A stretch of 64,000 bases of DNA, from positions 27,466,001-27,530,000 of the forward strand of contig CM022679.1 of NCBI GenBank assembly GCA_012295275.1, written 5' to 3'. Source of the DNA: Chrysomallon squamiferum. Its lineage: Eukaryota > Animalia > Mollusca. This document shows positions 55,960-64,000 of the stretch, in pieces. The notes below the pieces were generated by a model that did no database searches, was not told the DNA's origin, and saw nothing but the letters and a program-made list of their open reading frames with translations. A program made the translations under genes and the position numbers. The first letter of the stretch is position 1. The number at the start of each line of letters is the position of its first letter.

Positions 55960-57081
55960 GTCGGTGATCTTAACCTGCTTTTGCTTATGCCTTTAATGCA
56001 CTGGAGGAAGTAAAAATAATATTTAAATATAGCACAGCGTATAAATGTTATATCACAATATGTCGTAGGGTTAGTAATAATATTAATTATAATAATTATA
56101 TATTAAATGTAACAACAACAAGAATAACAATAATAATAAAAATAGTAAAATTAGTAGTAGTAGTAGTAATAATAATAATAGTAATAATAATAATAATAAT
56201 AATAATTAAAACAAAATTAAACAGCAGCAGTATTACCAGTATTAGTATTACTAGTATTAGTAGTAGTAGTGGTAGTATTAGTATTAGTATTAGTATTATT
56301 AGTAGTAGTATTCGTCAGTGAAAATAACATTAGCGATGGAGTTATTACAGAAGGAGTAACAGAAGGAGTAATGGTATCCGCAATAAAAGTAGTAGTAAAA
56401 GCAGTAGTAGTTGTAGTAGCAATAGTATCAGTAGTATAAATATTAGCAAAAATAAGAGTAGTAACAGCAGTAGTAGCAGCAGTAGTAATAGTTCTAATAT
56501 TGCGACAAAAATGGACAAGTTGTCAGTTTGTATCACATTCACAAAATTATAGAAAGGAGAACAAAATCTAAATTATTTCATTTTTGATTCGTTCACTTAC
56601 TGGTTACATAAGCTGCAAGAAATTTATGTGGAAGTGTGTTGTGTTTGTGTAAATTCAATAAATCTGTATAATATTTGCTGATTTATAGTGCGTTTTTTTT
56701 TTTTTTTTGTTCTTGTTTTTATCATCATTGGTTTTTTTTGTTTTTTTTACTGGCAACTGATAATTCGTTAGGAAAACTAAACGTTATAATGTAGTCATCT
56801 CCATAGTCACATTACTGCATGCACAGCACATTAAAAACTCCTCCTAGGTTCAATGTGTAGAGAGTATCATGACAAGTACGACAAAAATGTCTGAAATAAA
56901 AAAAAAAAATAAAACAACAACAAAAGCAACAGCAACAACAACAACAACAACAACAAAAATATAACAAAATAAAATAAAATAAAATAAAACAAAATAAATA
57001 AAATGCCCCACCAAAAGAAACAAACTAACTACATAAATAGAACGACATACAAAATTTGATTTTCAGTTATTACCAGATTTG

Positions 57082-57119
<38 letters not shown>

Positions 57120-57459
57120 CTATTTCGATAGTTAAACATTTACATTTAATTATGTTTTTATATTACCCAAAGATTAATTTATATTTTAAAATTTAAATTT
57201 GCCTTTTATCTGATGATATAATACAACAATGCGTTTCTTTGAGTAGCTATTTCTATTGTTATTAACATGATAGATCAATTAAACAACTAAACATTAACTT
57301 GTGAACTTAAATAAAGACTGCTGCTCTTTTGATTGAACAAGTTATTATTTAATTTTATATCGTACACTGATACTGTGGTACGGGAATAGTTCTATACAAA
57401 ACATTAATTAACTTTATTTAATCATTATACAAACAGTCATATGAAAAGCAATAATTACT

Positions 57460-62822
<5,363 letters not shown>

Positions 62823-63589
62823 CTGAAGCAATAAGTGTATAACTGAATAAAACAGAATTAACAGAGGGATAGACACATACATAGATAGACAGATACATAG
62901 ATGGATATATAGATGGATGGATGGATAGATAGACAGATAAATTAAATTAAATGAAGTAATGTAAAAAAGAAAGAAAGAAAGAACTAAGAATAAAAATAAA
63001 AATATCATTTACACATGTATTTTAAATCTCAATAAATAAATAAATAAATACGTGACACACTGCAAATAGACGTACTTACAAACAGACAAAAAGATCGATG
63101 CAGGTAGGTAAGTTTTAAAAATAAATAGATTAACTCAAAAAAAAAAAAAAAACAACAACAACAAAAAAACAACAACATAAACAACAAAAACAAAAAACAA
63201 ATCCATCCCCATCCAAAAAATACTCCAAAACAAACAACGATACAAAAAAAAGAAGAAGAAAAACAAACATTTTCATTCAGTTAGCCTTGTTGAAGTACAA
63301 TAGTGTACATAAGTAACTAGTCAAGATTTCAGCTGATCAGGAAACAAAAGAATACCTGTGATAACACTTTTATCTGGTTAATCATTTATTTAGACGAATT
63401 TCATTTTAAAAAGTGAGATGATACTGTTTATTTTCCATTGTTTAATGTTTATTAATGTTAACTGTCAATAGTTTGATCCTCTTGTTCCATTTGTCTTTAT
63501 ACGAAATTCCGAAAACTACTAAACTCGAATTCCAGATATAATCCACCTCGAATATTCGAAGTCTTATAGGTCTCTAATACACACCTACA

Positions 63590-64000
63590 TACCTATCTAC
63601 ATCTCTTCATACATCCGTCCGTCCATCCATCCATCTATGCATCGATTCATTCATACAGGCATACATGCAATTATAGATATATACATATACATATACACAC
63701 ACATACACGCGTATACATACATATAGTTATTCGTATACATACATATAGTTATTTGCATATATACCTACACACACACACACATACGTGCTCGTTTCATAGA
63801 TCTGCACATACATACATACATACACATACATACATATATGCATATATATATATATACATAGATACACACACATACATACATACACACATACATACATATA
63901 CATACATATACACATACACATACATATACATACATACACACATACACATACATACATATACACATACATACATACATACATACATACATACATACATACA
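63590..64000. repeat. (ACAT/AT/AC)n compound microsatellite; similar tracts at ~31760-31940, 59400-59710, 60385-60740
   Basis: Read directly from the sequence. Confidence 0.9.

Noticed and set aside
63078-63400. Candidate signal-peptide exon(s) for the PAN gene (..TYLPASIFLSV|gtaagt ending near 63080)
   Set aside because: The phase fits, but I could not establish a convincing ATG or acceptor, so it is left out of the CDS call.

Overview
AT-rich, intron-rich, microsatellite-dense animal genomic DNA (invertebrate, mollusc-like by style; this is inference). Most ORF-track entries are microsatellite artefacts, so I rebuilt the real genes exon by exon from GT-AG sites and reading phase. The window is dominated by a two-gene cassette: a GH3-family acyl-adenylate/amido-synthetase gene (GHDC-like, 623 aa) followed about 1.7 kb downstream, on the same strand, by a membrane-anchored beta-lactamase-fold serine hydrolase gene (lact-2/family VIII esterase-like, 410 aa). 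The cassette is duplicated as a large inverted repeat (left arm ~15-28.5 kb on -, right arm ~32-46.5 kb on +), and both GH3 copies are intact. The left hydrolase (L1) is intact and is followed by at least three more tandem units (L2-L4) that lack the ATG/anchor exon and could splice in frame into a multi-domain protein. The right hydrolase is a pseudogene. Further cassette relics lie at ~29.8-31.2 kb and ~47.9-50 kb, together with a second inversion. Hydrolase intron 5 carries a piggyBac-type MITE, with a Tigger-like element nested inside it in some copies. A probably secreted three-PAN/apple-domain gene lies at ~57.5-63 kb on -.
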